From positions 128,001-192,000 of IMG/VR virus record IMGVR_UViG_3300027740_000003: a stretch of 64,000 nt of DNA; one strand, 5' to 3'. Of the stretch, positions 9,770-18,331 are shown piece by piece (the stretch's first letter is position 1; each line of letters starts with the position of its first letter). A program made the translations under genes and the position numbers. This stretch comes from a virus. Its lineage: Duplodnaviria > Caudoviricetes. Under the pieces are notes generated by a model. That model ran no database searches. It saw nothing but the letters and a program-made list of their open reading frames with translations, and had not been told where the DNA came from.

Positions 9770-10146
9770 TCAATGATATCCTTTATCATAAGGTTATCAT
9801 ATATATAATCTAATTTTTGTTCAAATTCGGCAAGAATATTCAAATCAAAATTTCCCGGATATTCTTTCCATTTTAATATTAACCATTTAACAAATTCTTT
9901 CGGAACACCATTTAAATAATAGAATAAAGTTTTTTCATCATATATTGATGCATAAATTATTTTAAACATGTCTTCTAATCTAAATTTAGGCACATGGTCA
10001 TCAATTATTGAATTGTTATGAATTTTTCCTATTATTTCTCCTATTGAAATATTGGAATCGTTTAAAAAAGAATAATCAATATAAAATTCGTCAGAGTTTT
10101 CAACGAAGAATATCTCCCCGACAGTTCCTTTGCAAATATAAATCAT
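9766..10146 (-). CDS. family-A paralog with IKDIIE tag
   Basis: IDYSFL, VPKEF, ends IYDNLMIKDIIE. Confidence 0.85.
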   Translation of the reverse strand: MIYICKGTVGEIFFVENSDEFYIDYSFLNDSNISIGEIIGKIHNNSIIDDHVPKFRLEDMFKIIYASIYDEKTLFYYLNGVPKEFVKWLILKWKEYPGNFDLNILAEFEQKLDYIYDNLMIKDIIE

Positions 10147-10445
10147 TCAATAATGTCCTTGATTGTTTTTTCTTCTGGAGTTAACCAATGATCATAACCG
10201 ATTCTTCCGAAACAAAGAATAATTTCTCGCCCAATTGCAAATATATGCATTTGATTATAATGCCATTGTCTGTTTTCATCTATTGATATTTCTCCTAGTT
10301 CGTCAACAAATGACAGCGCTTTATTTCTATAATCTTCTAGAACATTTTGATTACAGAATTCTTCATACCAACTATAATTAAATATAATATCTTGTGCGGC
10401 GTATAGCCTTGTTTTTACTAAAGGGTCTACATTAGCCAACGACAT
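10143..10445 (-). CDS. hypothetical protein with IKDIIE tag
   Basis: ends LTPEEKTIKDIIE. Confidence 0.8.
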   Translation of the reverse strand: MSLANVDPLVKTRLYAAQDIIFNYSWYEEFCNQNVLEDYRNKALSFVDELGEISIDENRQWHYNQMHIFAIGREIILCFGRIGYDHWLTPEEKTIKDIIE

Positions 10446-10520
10446 AGGAACAGCCTTTCAATATTGATAGAAAAACAAATCCACATAACAGCCCATATAC
10501 AACAAAAATTATTTTATCTT

Positions 10521-10991
10521 TCATTTTATGTCCCGTATTTCTCTTTTTAAATTATATATAAAAAAGCAATTATTACATAGACACCTATCCCACCCTTTAT
10601 GATTTCTTAATTCCCCAGCAATACCACAATCTTCACAAGTGTTTAAAGATTTGTTTGCCGTTTGTTTAATTATTTCAACAATACGATCCCTGGCAATATT
10701 TCTACCAATAATAATAACATCAATATCAAAAGCTTCATTCCTATCGCGTTTAAAACCATAATAAATTCTCAGTTCTCCAAATTTTTCTTTTATTTGCAAC
10801 ATAGAAATGTTATAACCGTCTTTTTCTAAATCCCCCATATTTTCATATATTTTTTCTGACATGTCCCAAATTAAATCAAACCAACCATTTCCATGTTCAA
10901 AATGAAACCACTCAGGTTTCATCATAGGAGAATTTGGCTTATATAATTTTGGGAATGTTTGTGTAAGTTTTGTTTCTAACTCTGGTTTCAT
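10521..10991 (-). CDS. conserved phage protein with C-terminal Zn ribbon
   Basis: GNGWFDLI, QIKEKFGELRIY, CEDCG..GW.RCLC..C. Confidence 0.8.
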   Translation of the reverse strand: MKPELETKLTQTFPKLYKPNSPMMKPEWFHFEHGNGWFDLIWDMSEKIYENMGDLEKDGYNISMLQIKEKFGELRIYYGFKRDRNEAFDIDVIIIGRNIARDRIVEIIKQTANKSLNTCEDCGIAGELRNHKGWDRCLCNNCFFIYNLKREIRDIK

Positions 10992-11242
10992 TCTATTATA
11001 TCCTTAATTATTCTTTCATCAAAACTTAAACAAGTATCGTATACACCGTATCTAATAACTTCTTGTTGATATTCTTCGAAATCTTTTTTCTTCCAAAATC
11101 CTGGAATATAATATATGTGTCTTTTTAACGGATCAAATTCTTTTAAACAAGACGGAGTTGTTGCTTTTAATTCACAATTAATACATTTCCATAACGAAGT
11201 GGTCATTTTTCTTTCTACTAGAATCCATTCGTGTTGTTTCAT
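10988..11242 (-). CDS. H-CxxC-C zinc-finger family protein with IKDIIE tag
   Basis: MKQHEW..CINC..CLSFDERIIKDIIE; start moved to ATGA overlap. Confidence 0.8.
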   Translation of the reverse strand: MKQHEWILVERKMTTSLWKCINCELKATTPSCLKEFDPLKRHIYYIPGFWKKKDFEEYQQEVIRYGVYDTCLSFDERIIKDIIE

Positions 11243-11502
11243 TGAATAATATCTTTTATTCCTTGACAATCGGGACATAATAGTTTTGGAAATTTATCGA
11301 ATGACCACCCACAATTACTACAATCATATTTATTAATTTCTCCTAACATCTTACAAGAAGAACATTTAACAACAATTGTAGAACAATTACAGTCTGAACA
11401 AACAGTTTTTGCAATGTGCCCTGTTTCATTTTTTACATAAATATATTTAGGTTCACCACAAACTTTTTTGTTGCAAGAATAACATTTAAAATATAGTATC
11501 AT
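11239..11502 (-). CDS. multi-CxxC protein with IKDIIQ tag
   Basis: five CxxC pairs; ends LCPDCQGIKDIIQ. Confidence 0.8.
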   Translation of the reverse strand: MILYFKCYSCNKKVCGEPKYIYVKNETGHIAKTVCSDCNCSTIVVKCSSCKMLGEINKYDCSNCGWSFDKFPKLLCPDCQGIKDIIQ

Positions 11503-11687
11503 TCGATTATATCTTTAACAATTGCACAGTCTGGACACAAATGTTTACAGGAAAATTTAAAAGGAAAGCACCTATCATTAAAAATGATCCAACCTTTAGG
11601 GAAATCACCATTTAAAGATTTATAGATTACTGCTTTAAAACAAGAATCACATGTTATTTGATATTCTTTTATTTCAGACAACATCAA
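11499..11687 (-). CDS. CxxC zinc ribbon with VKDIIE tag
   Basis: CDSC..PKGW..HLCPDCAIVKDIIE. Confidence 0.8.
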   Translation of the reverse strand: MMLSEIKEYQITCDSCFKAVIYKSLNGDFPKGWIIFNDRCFPFKFSCKHLCPDCAIVKDIIE

Positions 11688-12147
11688 CTTGTACCCAATC
11701 TGGAAGATCTTTCATCCAATCTTTACATGAATAAATTGTTGTATTTAGTGGTTGGTGTGCTTTAATATATAAAGAGGTTGTTCCTAGCCCTGATTGATTG
11801 CTACAACTTGCATAAAAGTTCAAACTTTCGATTCTTCCTGCTGGTTTTCCATTAATATTTATATAACATTTTGGCGATACATGATTTGCAAAGCGTGGAC
11901 TAACACTAATATATGATTCAATTTTTATCATAATTCCATCATCCGGGGGAGAGTTCGTATCTTGCAAATACATACGAGGCGATATTAACATTATATCACT
12001 GATTGGAAAAGGAAACTGATTAATAGAAAGGTTAATTTGTATAGAATCAATAAGCCATACATAATACCAATTATCATTATTTTTAAAATATATAGTAGAA
12101 TGGGCAGGCCCCTTTCCATGTATATGAACTATTAGATCGTAATTCAT
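11674..12147 (-). CDS. hypothetical protein
   Basis: 157-aa ORF in operon. Confidence 0.65.
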   Translation of the reverse strand: MNYDLIVHIHGKGPAHSTIYFKNNDNWYYVWLIDSIQINLSINQFPFPISDIMLISPRMYLQDTNSPPDDGIMIKIESYISVSPRFANHVSPKCYININGKPAGRIESLNFYASCSNQSGLGTTSLYIKAHQPLNTTIYSCKDWMKDLPDWVQVDVV

Positions 12148-12153
12148 TATTAT

Positions 12154-12387
12154 TCATTCTATTATATTTTTTATAGCCAAACAATCCGGGCACAAATGTA
12201 TATAATCACAACCTGTACTAAAAAAGGCCCATCCATATGGAAGCTCTATAAGTTCATTAAAATCTGCCACAACAGCCCCGGTGTTTTCTCTTTTTTTGCA
12301 GGACGAACAAGATATCTTAATTAGATAACGTTTTTCACACCTAAAAATAGAACCATTAATTGATTTTGTGTAATATCTAGCGTTCAT
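12154..12387 (-). CDS. CxxC zinc ribbon with IKNIIE tag
   Basis: CSSC..LPYGW..HLCPDCLAIKNIIE; paralog of 11499-11687. Confidence 0.8.
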   Translation of the reverse strand: MNARYYTKSINGSIFRCEKRYLIKISCSSCKKRENTGAVVADFNELIELPYGWAFFSTGCDYIHLCPDCLAIKNIIE

Positions 12388-12389
12388 TA

Positions 12390-13097
12390 TTATTCTTTCT
12401 TGAATTTTACTTGATAATAATATTTACTTACTTCTTCATCAGAAAGTTCAGAAACCCTTTTTATAGCTTGTTCGTTGGTGGCATCAAAATTATCTATTAA
12501 ATATTTTATAAGTCTTTCTTTTTTATTATTGAAAGAATCGGGGCCCCAATCCCTTGGCCATACACCATATTGTCTTAATAAACGAATCATTGGCTCACCC
12601 ACCAAAACCCTATCAACACCCTTTGTTTTTTCTGAGAAATAATCTCCCGGCTCGACAGTTTGATACTGTGGATTCTCATATTCCCACTGCCCAGATAAAT
12701 CTTCTTTTGGTTTCCTTGACCAGGCCTTATCAGCTTCGTACATTACTACAATAGCCCCAAACCGCTTTAGCTCCTCATCAGAGACTTCATGAAACTGTTT
12801 TCCAAGCATACCAGCTACTGCTGAAACCATTCCTCCTAAGGCTTTGCTTAACTCTTCTTTGTCTGTTGCAAAGGTAAGGTCAAATACTGGCTTTTGATAT
12901 AACCCTTCGTATTCTTCAGAGTCTGTATCAAAATCCATTTCTGTTCCATAGCTATCCGAAACCCATTTCCCAACCTGAGGAACCAACCCATGCTGCTGAA
13001 TGCTTTTAACATTATTTATAGAAGTACCATGATATAAAGTTCTGTCTTTAGCAATCTTTTCAAATAAATAAGATAGTTGTGAAATACGAGAAAACAT
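12390..13097 (-). CDS. ADP-ribosyltransferase-fold-like protein
   Basis: LYHGTS..N..SI..HGL.P strand-1 motif; N-terminal ISQLSYLFEKIA motif. Confidence 0.55.
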   Translation of the reverse strand: MFSRISQLSYLFEKIAKDRTLYHGTSINNVKSIQQHGLVPQVGKWVSDSYGTEMDFDTDSEEYEGLYQKPVFDLTFATDKEELSKALGGMVSAVAGMLGKQFHEVSDEELKRFGAIVVMYEADKAWSRKPKEDLSGQWEYENPQYQTVEPGDYFSEKTKGVDRVLVGEPMIRLLRQYGVWPRDWGPDSFNNKKERLIKYLIDNFDATNEQAIKRVSELSDEEVSKYYYQVKFKKE

Positions 13098-13111
13098 AAA
13101 TTAATACAATA

Positions 13112-13651
13112 TTATCCGCCAGATACTTTCTCAAATCCGGCGGACATTTTTTCTATCTTTTCCAATGTGTCTTCTGCTAAAGTTTCAATTGCACCAACTG
13201 CATTACAGTATTCTTCAATAAATTCTGTAATCTCTTTTTTACTAGCAATTTCTCTTAGCTTCTTTGCTACATTGTTTGATAGCCTTTTGAATTCATTTTC
13301 ATCAATTGTTTCTAATAACTTAGCAACTAATCCACATATTTTGATTAACTTCTTCCAGTTGTTTAATAACAACACTGCGTCTTCTTGAATTTGTTGATCT
13401 AATTGAGGGTGGGATTGGCACCACTGATTAAGAACAAATCCAGTTGATGTTGGCAATAATCTTTTTATTTCTTTTAATGGGTTTTTAATTTCAGCAATTG
13501 TATCAGTAATTCCTACGTTGCCAGTTTCAGACAATTTGTTTGAAATAATGTTTAATTGGTGGGGCCAAGGTTCAAATAGAATATTGGACATACTGTAAGC
13601 AGTTTGCGCCAACGGAACAAGAATATTAACAGTATCTCTAGATAGCAACAT
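13112..13651 (-). CDS. helical hypothetical protein
   Basis: start moved downstream of the sigma70-like promoter that overlaps the track start. Confidence 0.65.
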   Translation of the reverse strand: MLLSRDTVNILVPLAQTAYSMSNILFEPWPHQLNIISNKLSETGNVGITDTIAEIKNPLKEIKRLLPTSTGFVLNQWCQSHPQLDQQIQEDAVLLLNNWKKLIKICGLVAKLLETIDENEFKRLSNNVAKKLREIASKKEITEFIEEYCNAVGAIETLAEDTLEKIEKMSAGFEKVSGG

Positions 13652-13748
13652 GATTGTCTTTTCGAGCCTCTGACCTGATTCGAACAGGCATCGTCCAATT
13701 ACGGCTGTCCAGTTTAGGAAACTGGCCCGATACAGAGGCGTTCTGTGT

Positions 13749-13777
13749 ATCCTAGTCATTCATCGGGGCTCTGTCAA
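13749..13777 (-). promoter_or_regulatory. sigma70-like promoter TTGACA-17-TAGGAT
   Basis: exact -35, 17-bp spacer, TAnnnT -10. Confidence 0.65.
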
Positions 13778-13799
13778 GTCTATATCTTAACAATACCCA

Positions 13800-14051
13800 C
13801 TATTTCTTTATTTCTGATAAAGTTATTGCAAATTTTGCAGCCAGCTCTTGAATTGTTTCATGAGCCTTCTTTTTTCTGCTCTTTTTCTTTCCTTTAAAAT
13901 AATTACTAGGACTCTTTTTCTGACAGTGTTTTGAATCTGGGTTTTTGTATTTACAATACCTGCTCCAAGCTACTGCCCAAGCTTTTGAATCATCATAATC
14001 TGGATTTTGTTCTTTTGTTTCTTTAAAATATCTATCTACATCTTTTGGCAT
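13800..14051 (-). CDS. ChaB-like small basic protein
   Basis: Y.K.....NPDY..SKAWAVAWS; basic tail; IQELAAKF motif. Confidence 0.55.
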   Translation of the reverse strand: MPKDVDRYFKETKEQNPDYDDSKAWAVAWSRYCKYKNPDSKHCQKKSPSNYFKGKKKSRKKKAHETIQELAAKFAITLSEIKK

Positions 14052-14151
14052 AATTTATTCCCCAACAATATAATATCCTATTAAGCACATATCATAAATT
14101 TTACAGAATTATCAATTGTTGCTATTGTCTTTCCTCCGACAATTATATTAA

Positions 14152-14463
14152 TTATTGGGGCCAAATGAAACTTAGCTGCTTTGGACATGTGTCTCTTTCC
14201 TCTTCTTTATCTACGACATCAACAATATTTTCTATCTCTCCAGAATATACTATAAATAATTCTACATCAGTTATTCCAGAAAGTTTATATGTTTGTCCTT
14301 CTAAAATCTTACAATCTTCACCTTCATATAAAACTATATTTCTACCACTTATTTCTATTAATAACGCTCCTTTAAAAACAATTATAATTTCATCACTTGT
14401 TTTGTTGTATCTGGGACCGATTATATCAAATTCTTTTATTTTCAATATATGCGAGTTAATCAC
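14152..14463 (-). CDS. hypothetical protein
   Basis: 103-aa ORF, overlaps upstream stop; ends QLSFIWPQ. Confidence 0.65.
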   Translation of the reverse strand: MINSHILKIKEFDIIGPRYNKTSDEIIIVFKGALLIEISGRNIVLYEGEDCKILEGQTYKLSGITDVELFIVYSGEIENIVDVVDKEEERDTCPKQLSFIWPQ

Positions 14464-14959
14464 TTAACATTCCTTTTTCCAAAAGATCCTCAACAGAAAC
14501 CTTTATCATTGACATTGCCTCTGTATCGTTTGGTGTTAGTTTTCTTTTCATTGCCTCTTCTATCCAAGTCCACATATTTTCATCCATAAAGAAGTCCACA
14601 GCATCTGCTGTCATTTCTTGTGGATCTAATAAAGCCTCAGCTGGAGGAAACAGCATTTCTTTTGTCCTAACCAAAGATCCTAACAGTCCAGTTGACAGAC
14701 CATCTTCTAATGTGTCTTCAATCTTTTTGACCTTAACAAGTTTATTAAATAAAGGAAGAACATCTTCTGGTTTTGACTTGATATATTCTGGAAATAAACT
14801 GTGGTTTTTACCTAGGTTTTTTAATATTGTTAATGCGGGGTTTAATTTACCAAGACGAAGAAGTTCATATAATTCGTGAAATTTTTTAATATAGTCAAAT
14901 GTATCTAGAGCGGATACTGAATATGGTTCTTCTGCCAGCTTTGATATCAGAGTTGTCAT
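14456..14959 (-). CDS. hypothetical protein
   Basis: 167-aa ORF beginning MTTLISKLAEE. Confidence 0.7.
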   Translation of the reverse strand: MTTLISKLAEEPYSVSALDTFDYIKKFHELYELLRLGKLNPALTILKNLGKNHSLFPEYIKSKPEDVLPLFNKLVKVKKIEDTLEDGLSTGLLGSLVRTKEMLFPPAEALLDPQEMTADAVDFFMDENMWTWIEEAMKRKLTPNDTEAMSMIKVSVEDLLEKGMLSD

Positions 14960-14984
14960 GAAATTATGTCAAAATAGTATTAGA

Positions 14985-15056
14985 AGCTAGAGGGAGAATC
15001 GAACTCACCAAACAACTGTTTTGCAGACAGTGCCATTTACCAATTTGGTATCTAGC
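14985..15056 (-). tRNA. tRNA-Cys(GCA)
   Basis: ACTGT-CTGCAAA-ACAGT anticodon arm, GTTCGATT T-loop, GCTAGA/TCTAGC acceptor; one T-stem mismatch, no CCA. Confidence 0.75.
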
Positions 15057-15148
15057 CTTAATTGATTTTGGTGCGCCATCCCGGTGATGCTCCGAGGTAC
15101 TCTGGTTGGAGGCCAAATATTCTACTGTTGAATTAATGGCGCATATTA

Positions 15149-16486
15149 TTACCATTGAATATCTATATCTCCAATGCTTCTATTTATATCATTTTTCAAT
15201 TTTGCTAAAACCTCTTCAGGAACAGCTTTCACATCAGCGGGATATATTATCTTGGCATTTTCGCCAGAATCAAAATCTTTTGAAAATTCTACTATTACTA
15301 CTATTTTATTGTTTCCGTTAAATCCAACATTTTCTACAAGTCTAGCATTAACGCTATTCCAATCTGAATTTGGATTTGTATTCCTGGCTAATATTTTTAA
15401 AGCTCTAGTAATTAAATCTTGATATTTTTTAAATTCAGCTTCTGATTCTGAAGAATTTGGTTTTGTGGGTTTTTGTAAATTTTTATTATTTTCTGAATAG
15501 GCCTCCCAAGCCCTATCATAATCATAATCTTCAACATAAGAAATTTTTCTTTTTATTGATGCTTTTGCTGTATTTTTTAATAGTTCCGTTAGTCTATTTT
15601 CTAAATCCGGATGAAGAGTATTACTTATTTTTGTTTTTATTTTAGATAAAGCGGTTTGTACAAAATACATTACGTCGGCAGAATTTTCCACAAAAAGGCT
15701 TCCGAAATAAGATAATGCTGCTTGGAATCCACTGCCGCCCGCAATACGCATTTCTAAATTAATTTCATCTTCATCTAGTATTAACGAATTGCGTTGGGCC
15801 TGAATTATTATGACAATAGGGTTTTCTCTTTTTTTATTTTTTGCATTGTTTGTTGAAATATAAGCTGTCATTAAATTTGGAGTTAGGTAAATTCCTTCTA
15901 AAGAGTTTCTAGAAGACATATTAAAATTTGATTCTTCGTCTATTTGCCAAGTTCTTTTTTTCGGATTAGCTAATAGTCCAGACGACATTATACTACTCAA
16001 ATTGCTTTTATGAGTTCCATGATATAAATATATTGGAGGTGTTTTTGCTAGTTTTTCAAACAAACACGCTAATTTCTCTACTTTATCTCTGTTTAATATA
16101 TTAATAGCCTTGGAAACATCTTCGTCTGTTATTCCTGTCTCATCATTAATATGAACTAAATTGTCAGGAAATAATAACAACAGGTCGTCTATTACTACAT
16201 AACTATCTACTTCTTTTCCTTCTAACCATTCTTCAATCTCACTTATCCTATTTCCTGTTATTCCAGTGTTGCCTATTATGTAAGAAGATAATGTTGGCAA
16301 TGATTTCCTAACAAGACCCATATCGAAACGCCAATTAGAGGAAATAACTATCTTGGCACCCGTAGCTGATACAATCTTTTCTATTCTTTTTATTTTCTCA
16401 GGATCTAAATAATTGTGTCCATACTTACCGAGTTCCTTGTAAGTATTTAATACACCATCTAGATCAAGGAAAATAACAGAAACCAT
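15149..16486 (-). CDS. HAD phosphatase (HAD_SAK_2-like) fused to ART-fold-like domain
   Basis: IFLDLDGVLN..IVISSNWR..YVVIDD; then YLYHGTH..NL.SI..SGL. Confidence 0.75.
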   Translation of the reverse strand: MVSVIFLDLDGVLNTYKELGKYGHNYLDPEKIKRIEKIVSATGAKIVISSNWRFDMGLVRKSLPTLSSYIIGNTGITGNRISEIEEWLEGKEVDSYVVIDDLLLLFPDNLVHINDETGITDEDVSKAINILNRDKVEKLACLFEKLAKTPPIYLYHGTHKSNLSSIMSSGLLANPKKRTWQIDEESNFNMSSRNSLEGIYLTPNLMTAYISTNNAKNKKRENPIVIIIQAQRNSLILDEDEINLEMRIAGGSGFQAALSYFGSLFVENSADVMYFVQTALSKIKTKISNTLHPDLENRLTELLKNTAKASIKRKISYVEDYDYDRAWEAYSENNKNLQKPTKPNSSESEAEFKKYQDLITRALKILARNTNPNSDWNSVNARLVENVGFNGNNKIVVIVEFSKDFDSGENAKIIYPADVKAVPEEVLAKLKNDINRSIGDIDIQW

Positions 16487-16503
16487 AACATAATGCGGTT
16501 ATA

Positions 16504-17160
16504 TTATCTCTTGCGCATTCTCCCGGCGGTTTTTTTAAATAGCTTTTGGAAAGGAGGCATCTCTTGCATAACCATTGGTTTATTAAAATCAGGGATTAGT
16601 CCTGTAGAAAGATACGCTTGAGTTTCATCAATAAAGAAATCATCAGAATATCCACACTTCTTTAGTTTTTTAGAAATGAAATTTCTTGTTTTTGTTGGCA
16701 ATGCGTTAACCAAAGCCGTTGTTTTGGTTTTATATTTCTCGTCAGTATAAAAGAATCCATGAGCAAGCTCGTGGTTAAATGTTCCAACCAAGTCCGCGTC
16801 TTCACCTGATGTTCCAATTATATAAAAATCGCTTCTATTATCTTCTTTTGAACAAATAAATTCTGCCAGGGAGAGCATAAGTTTATCATATCGATTTGGA
16901 TCTTGTATACCATCTTTGTGGAGGGAAAAGATATATTCGCCAGGAAGGTTGAAACCAGCCCAATCTTTAGTATATGTAAAGACACCTTCTCCCATTTCTC
17001 TTGCATACCAATCCATGTAATTCACTAAAGTTAGATTGGTCTTCCTGAATTTTGGAGACTCATAGAACTCCTGATATCTCAGGAAGTGCATTGTTAGATC
17101 GTAGTGGTGGTCAAAATGTAGATGCCAAATTTGCTTTCTGAGTTGCTTTAAACTAAACAT
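16504..17160 (-). CDS. conserved phage protein with HExxH metallopeptidase-like motif
   Basis: FLRYQEFYESP, WAGFNLP, HELAHG, DETQAY. Confidence 0.7.
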   Translation of the reverse strand: MFSLKQLRKQIWHLHFDHHYDLTMHFLRYQEFYESPKFRKTNLTLVNYMDWYAREMGEGVFTYTKDWAGFNLPGEYIFSLHKDGIQDPNRYDKLMLSLAEFICSKEDNRSDFYIIGTSGEDADLVGTFNHELAHGFFYTDEKYKTKTTALVNALPTKTRNFISKKLKKCGYSDDFFIDETQAYLSTGLIPDFNKPMVMQEMPPFQKLFKKTAGRMRKR

Positions 17161-17275
17161 TCACCCTCCAGCCGTATATATCTATGCTGGATTATAGTCT
17201 GGGCATTGAACTTTAATATAATAATAATAATAATAGAATTGTGGGGAATATGTGGTGTAAACTTTTGTTTACATA

Positions 17276-17458
17276 TTATTCATTTGCTGCTAATTTTATA
17301 TCTTCTTCGGAAGCTATTTTTATTATGAACGTTCCTGACAATTCCATTATTCTACTAGCACCAGCTCTAAGAATGGTTGCTAATTTATAATCGTATGAAT
17401 ATTCGTCTGCTAAGTCTGATATTTTTTCTGCTGCTTCTAGATAAAAGTTATTTCCCAT
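17276..17458 (-). CDS. small hypothetical protein (paralog of 17490-17669)
   Basis: YLEAAEKISDLADEY vs YREAADKVWELAKQY. Confidence 0.6.
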   Translation of the reverse strand: MGNNFYLEAAEKISDLADEYSYDYKLATILRAGASRIMELSGTFIIKIASEEDIKLAANE

Positions 17459-17489
17459 TATTACCACCCACAATAACTATATCAAAATA

Positions 17490-17669
17490 TTACTTATCAT
17501 CCTCTGTTTGTTTAGCTCTTGCCAAAGCATGGATTTGAGAGACAATATTTTTTAATTCCCCGGCAAGCTCAAACAAACCCTTGTCTTCGTATTGTTTGGC
17601 TAATTCCCAAACTTTATCGGCCGCTTCCCTATATGACTGGCCTTCTGTTTTTAATTCATTGTCTCCCAT
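17490..17669 (-). CDS. small hypothetical protein
   Basis: start moved to MGDNELK; track start is an artefact of the upstream FLVCA tag read in another frame. Confidence 0.6.
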   Translation of the reverse strand: MGDNELKTEGQSYREAADKVWELAKQYEDKGLFELAGELKNIVSQIHALARAKQTEDDK

Positions 17670-17683
17670 GCCTTTATAACAAA

Positions 17684-17806
17684 TTATGCACAAACAAGAA
17701 ACGTTTCATTTTCCATTATAGAATCTATAATAGAGGAAACAAGCAAATCTTCTTGTATTTGAATGTCTCTTAAGAAATTTAGATAACATTGTTGAGTTAT
17801 GCACAT
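17684..17806 (-). CDS. 40-aa mini-ORF E ending ETFLVCA (capsid-like fragment)
   Basis: hand-translated MCITQQCYLNFLRDIQIQEDLLVSSIIDSIMENETFLVCA*. Confidence 0.7.
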   Translation of the reverse strand: MCITQQCYLNFLRDIQIQEDLLVSSIIDSIMENETFLVCA

Positions 17807-17943
17807 ACTAAAAATAGCTCCTCATACCTATCAATTATGTTAAACCGTCGCATTTTAACATCTGATAGAGTTATAGGACACGTAGACCAATCAACAACCT
17901 TAAATGTAGGAACAACAACTCTATTTGCTTTTAAATAATTCAT
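17797..17943 (-). CDS. 48-aa mini-ORF D ending ELFLVCA (capsid-like fragment)
   Basis: hand-translated MNYLKANRVVVPTFKVVDWSTCPITLSDVKMRRFNIIDRYEELFLVCA*; ATGA overlap. Confidence 0.8.
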   Translation of the reverse strand: MNYLKANRVVVPTFKVVDWSTCPITLSDVKMRRFNIIDRYEELFLVCA

Positions 17944-18071
17944 GCACACACCAAAAATGTAGGACAATTAAGAGTTGTTCTTAATGGTTGAAGCATTGCT
18001 TTTGCTAATCTTTTTCTTCCTTCCAGAGTGTAAAGTAATTGGCTAATTAAAGGGTGGTTATTTATGCACAT
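17940..18071 (-). CDS. 43-aa mini-ORF C ending PTFLVCA (capsid-like fragment)
   Basis: hand-translated MCINNHPLISQLLYTLEGRKRLAKAMLQPLRTTLNCPTFLVCA*. Confidence 0.75.
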   Translation of the reverse strand: MCINNHPLISQLLYTLEGRKRLAKAMLQPLRTTLNCPTFLVCA

Positions 18072-18163
18072 ACAAGAAATGTCCTTTCTTTAAATAAATG
18101 AGTTATTTGCAGCGGTATGTATGGTAGTATTGGTATGCTTGGCGGGGGTGGCGGGGGTGGCAT
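18062..18163 (-). CDS. 33-aa poly-Pro mini-ORF B ending RTFLVCA
   Basis: hand-translated MPPPPPPPSIPILPYIPLQITHLFKERTFLVCA*; could start further upstream. Confidence 0.65.
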   Translation of the reverse strand: MPPPPPPPSIPILPYIPLQITHLFKERTFLVCA

Positions 18164-18194
18164 TGGTATTTTTAGTGTGCATAATATTAAACAA

Positions 18195-18329
18195 TCAAGC
18201 ACAGACGATGAAATTTGTTGACTCATATCCAAATACTTTTAAAATTACTTCTTGCCTAATCAGTCCTTGATTAACATACTTTGATATGTCAATATTATAA
18301 GCTTTTGCTAACAGGTTCCAATCTGGCAT
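18195..18329 (-). CDS. 44-aa mini-ORF A ending NFIVCA
   Basis: hand-translated MPDWNLLAKAYNIDISKYVNQGLIRQEVILKVFGYESTNFIVCA*; starts 2 nt after upstream stop. Confidence 0.7.
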   Translation of the reverse strand: MPDWNLLAKAYNIDISKYVNQGLIRQEVILKVFGYESTNFIVCA

Positions 18330-18331
18330 AA

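Noticed and set aside
17684-17700. FLVCA as a eukaryotic CaaX prenylation box
   Set aside because: Cys is at position -2, not -4, and the context is a bacteriophage.
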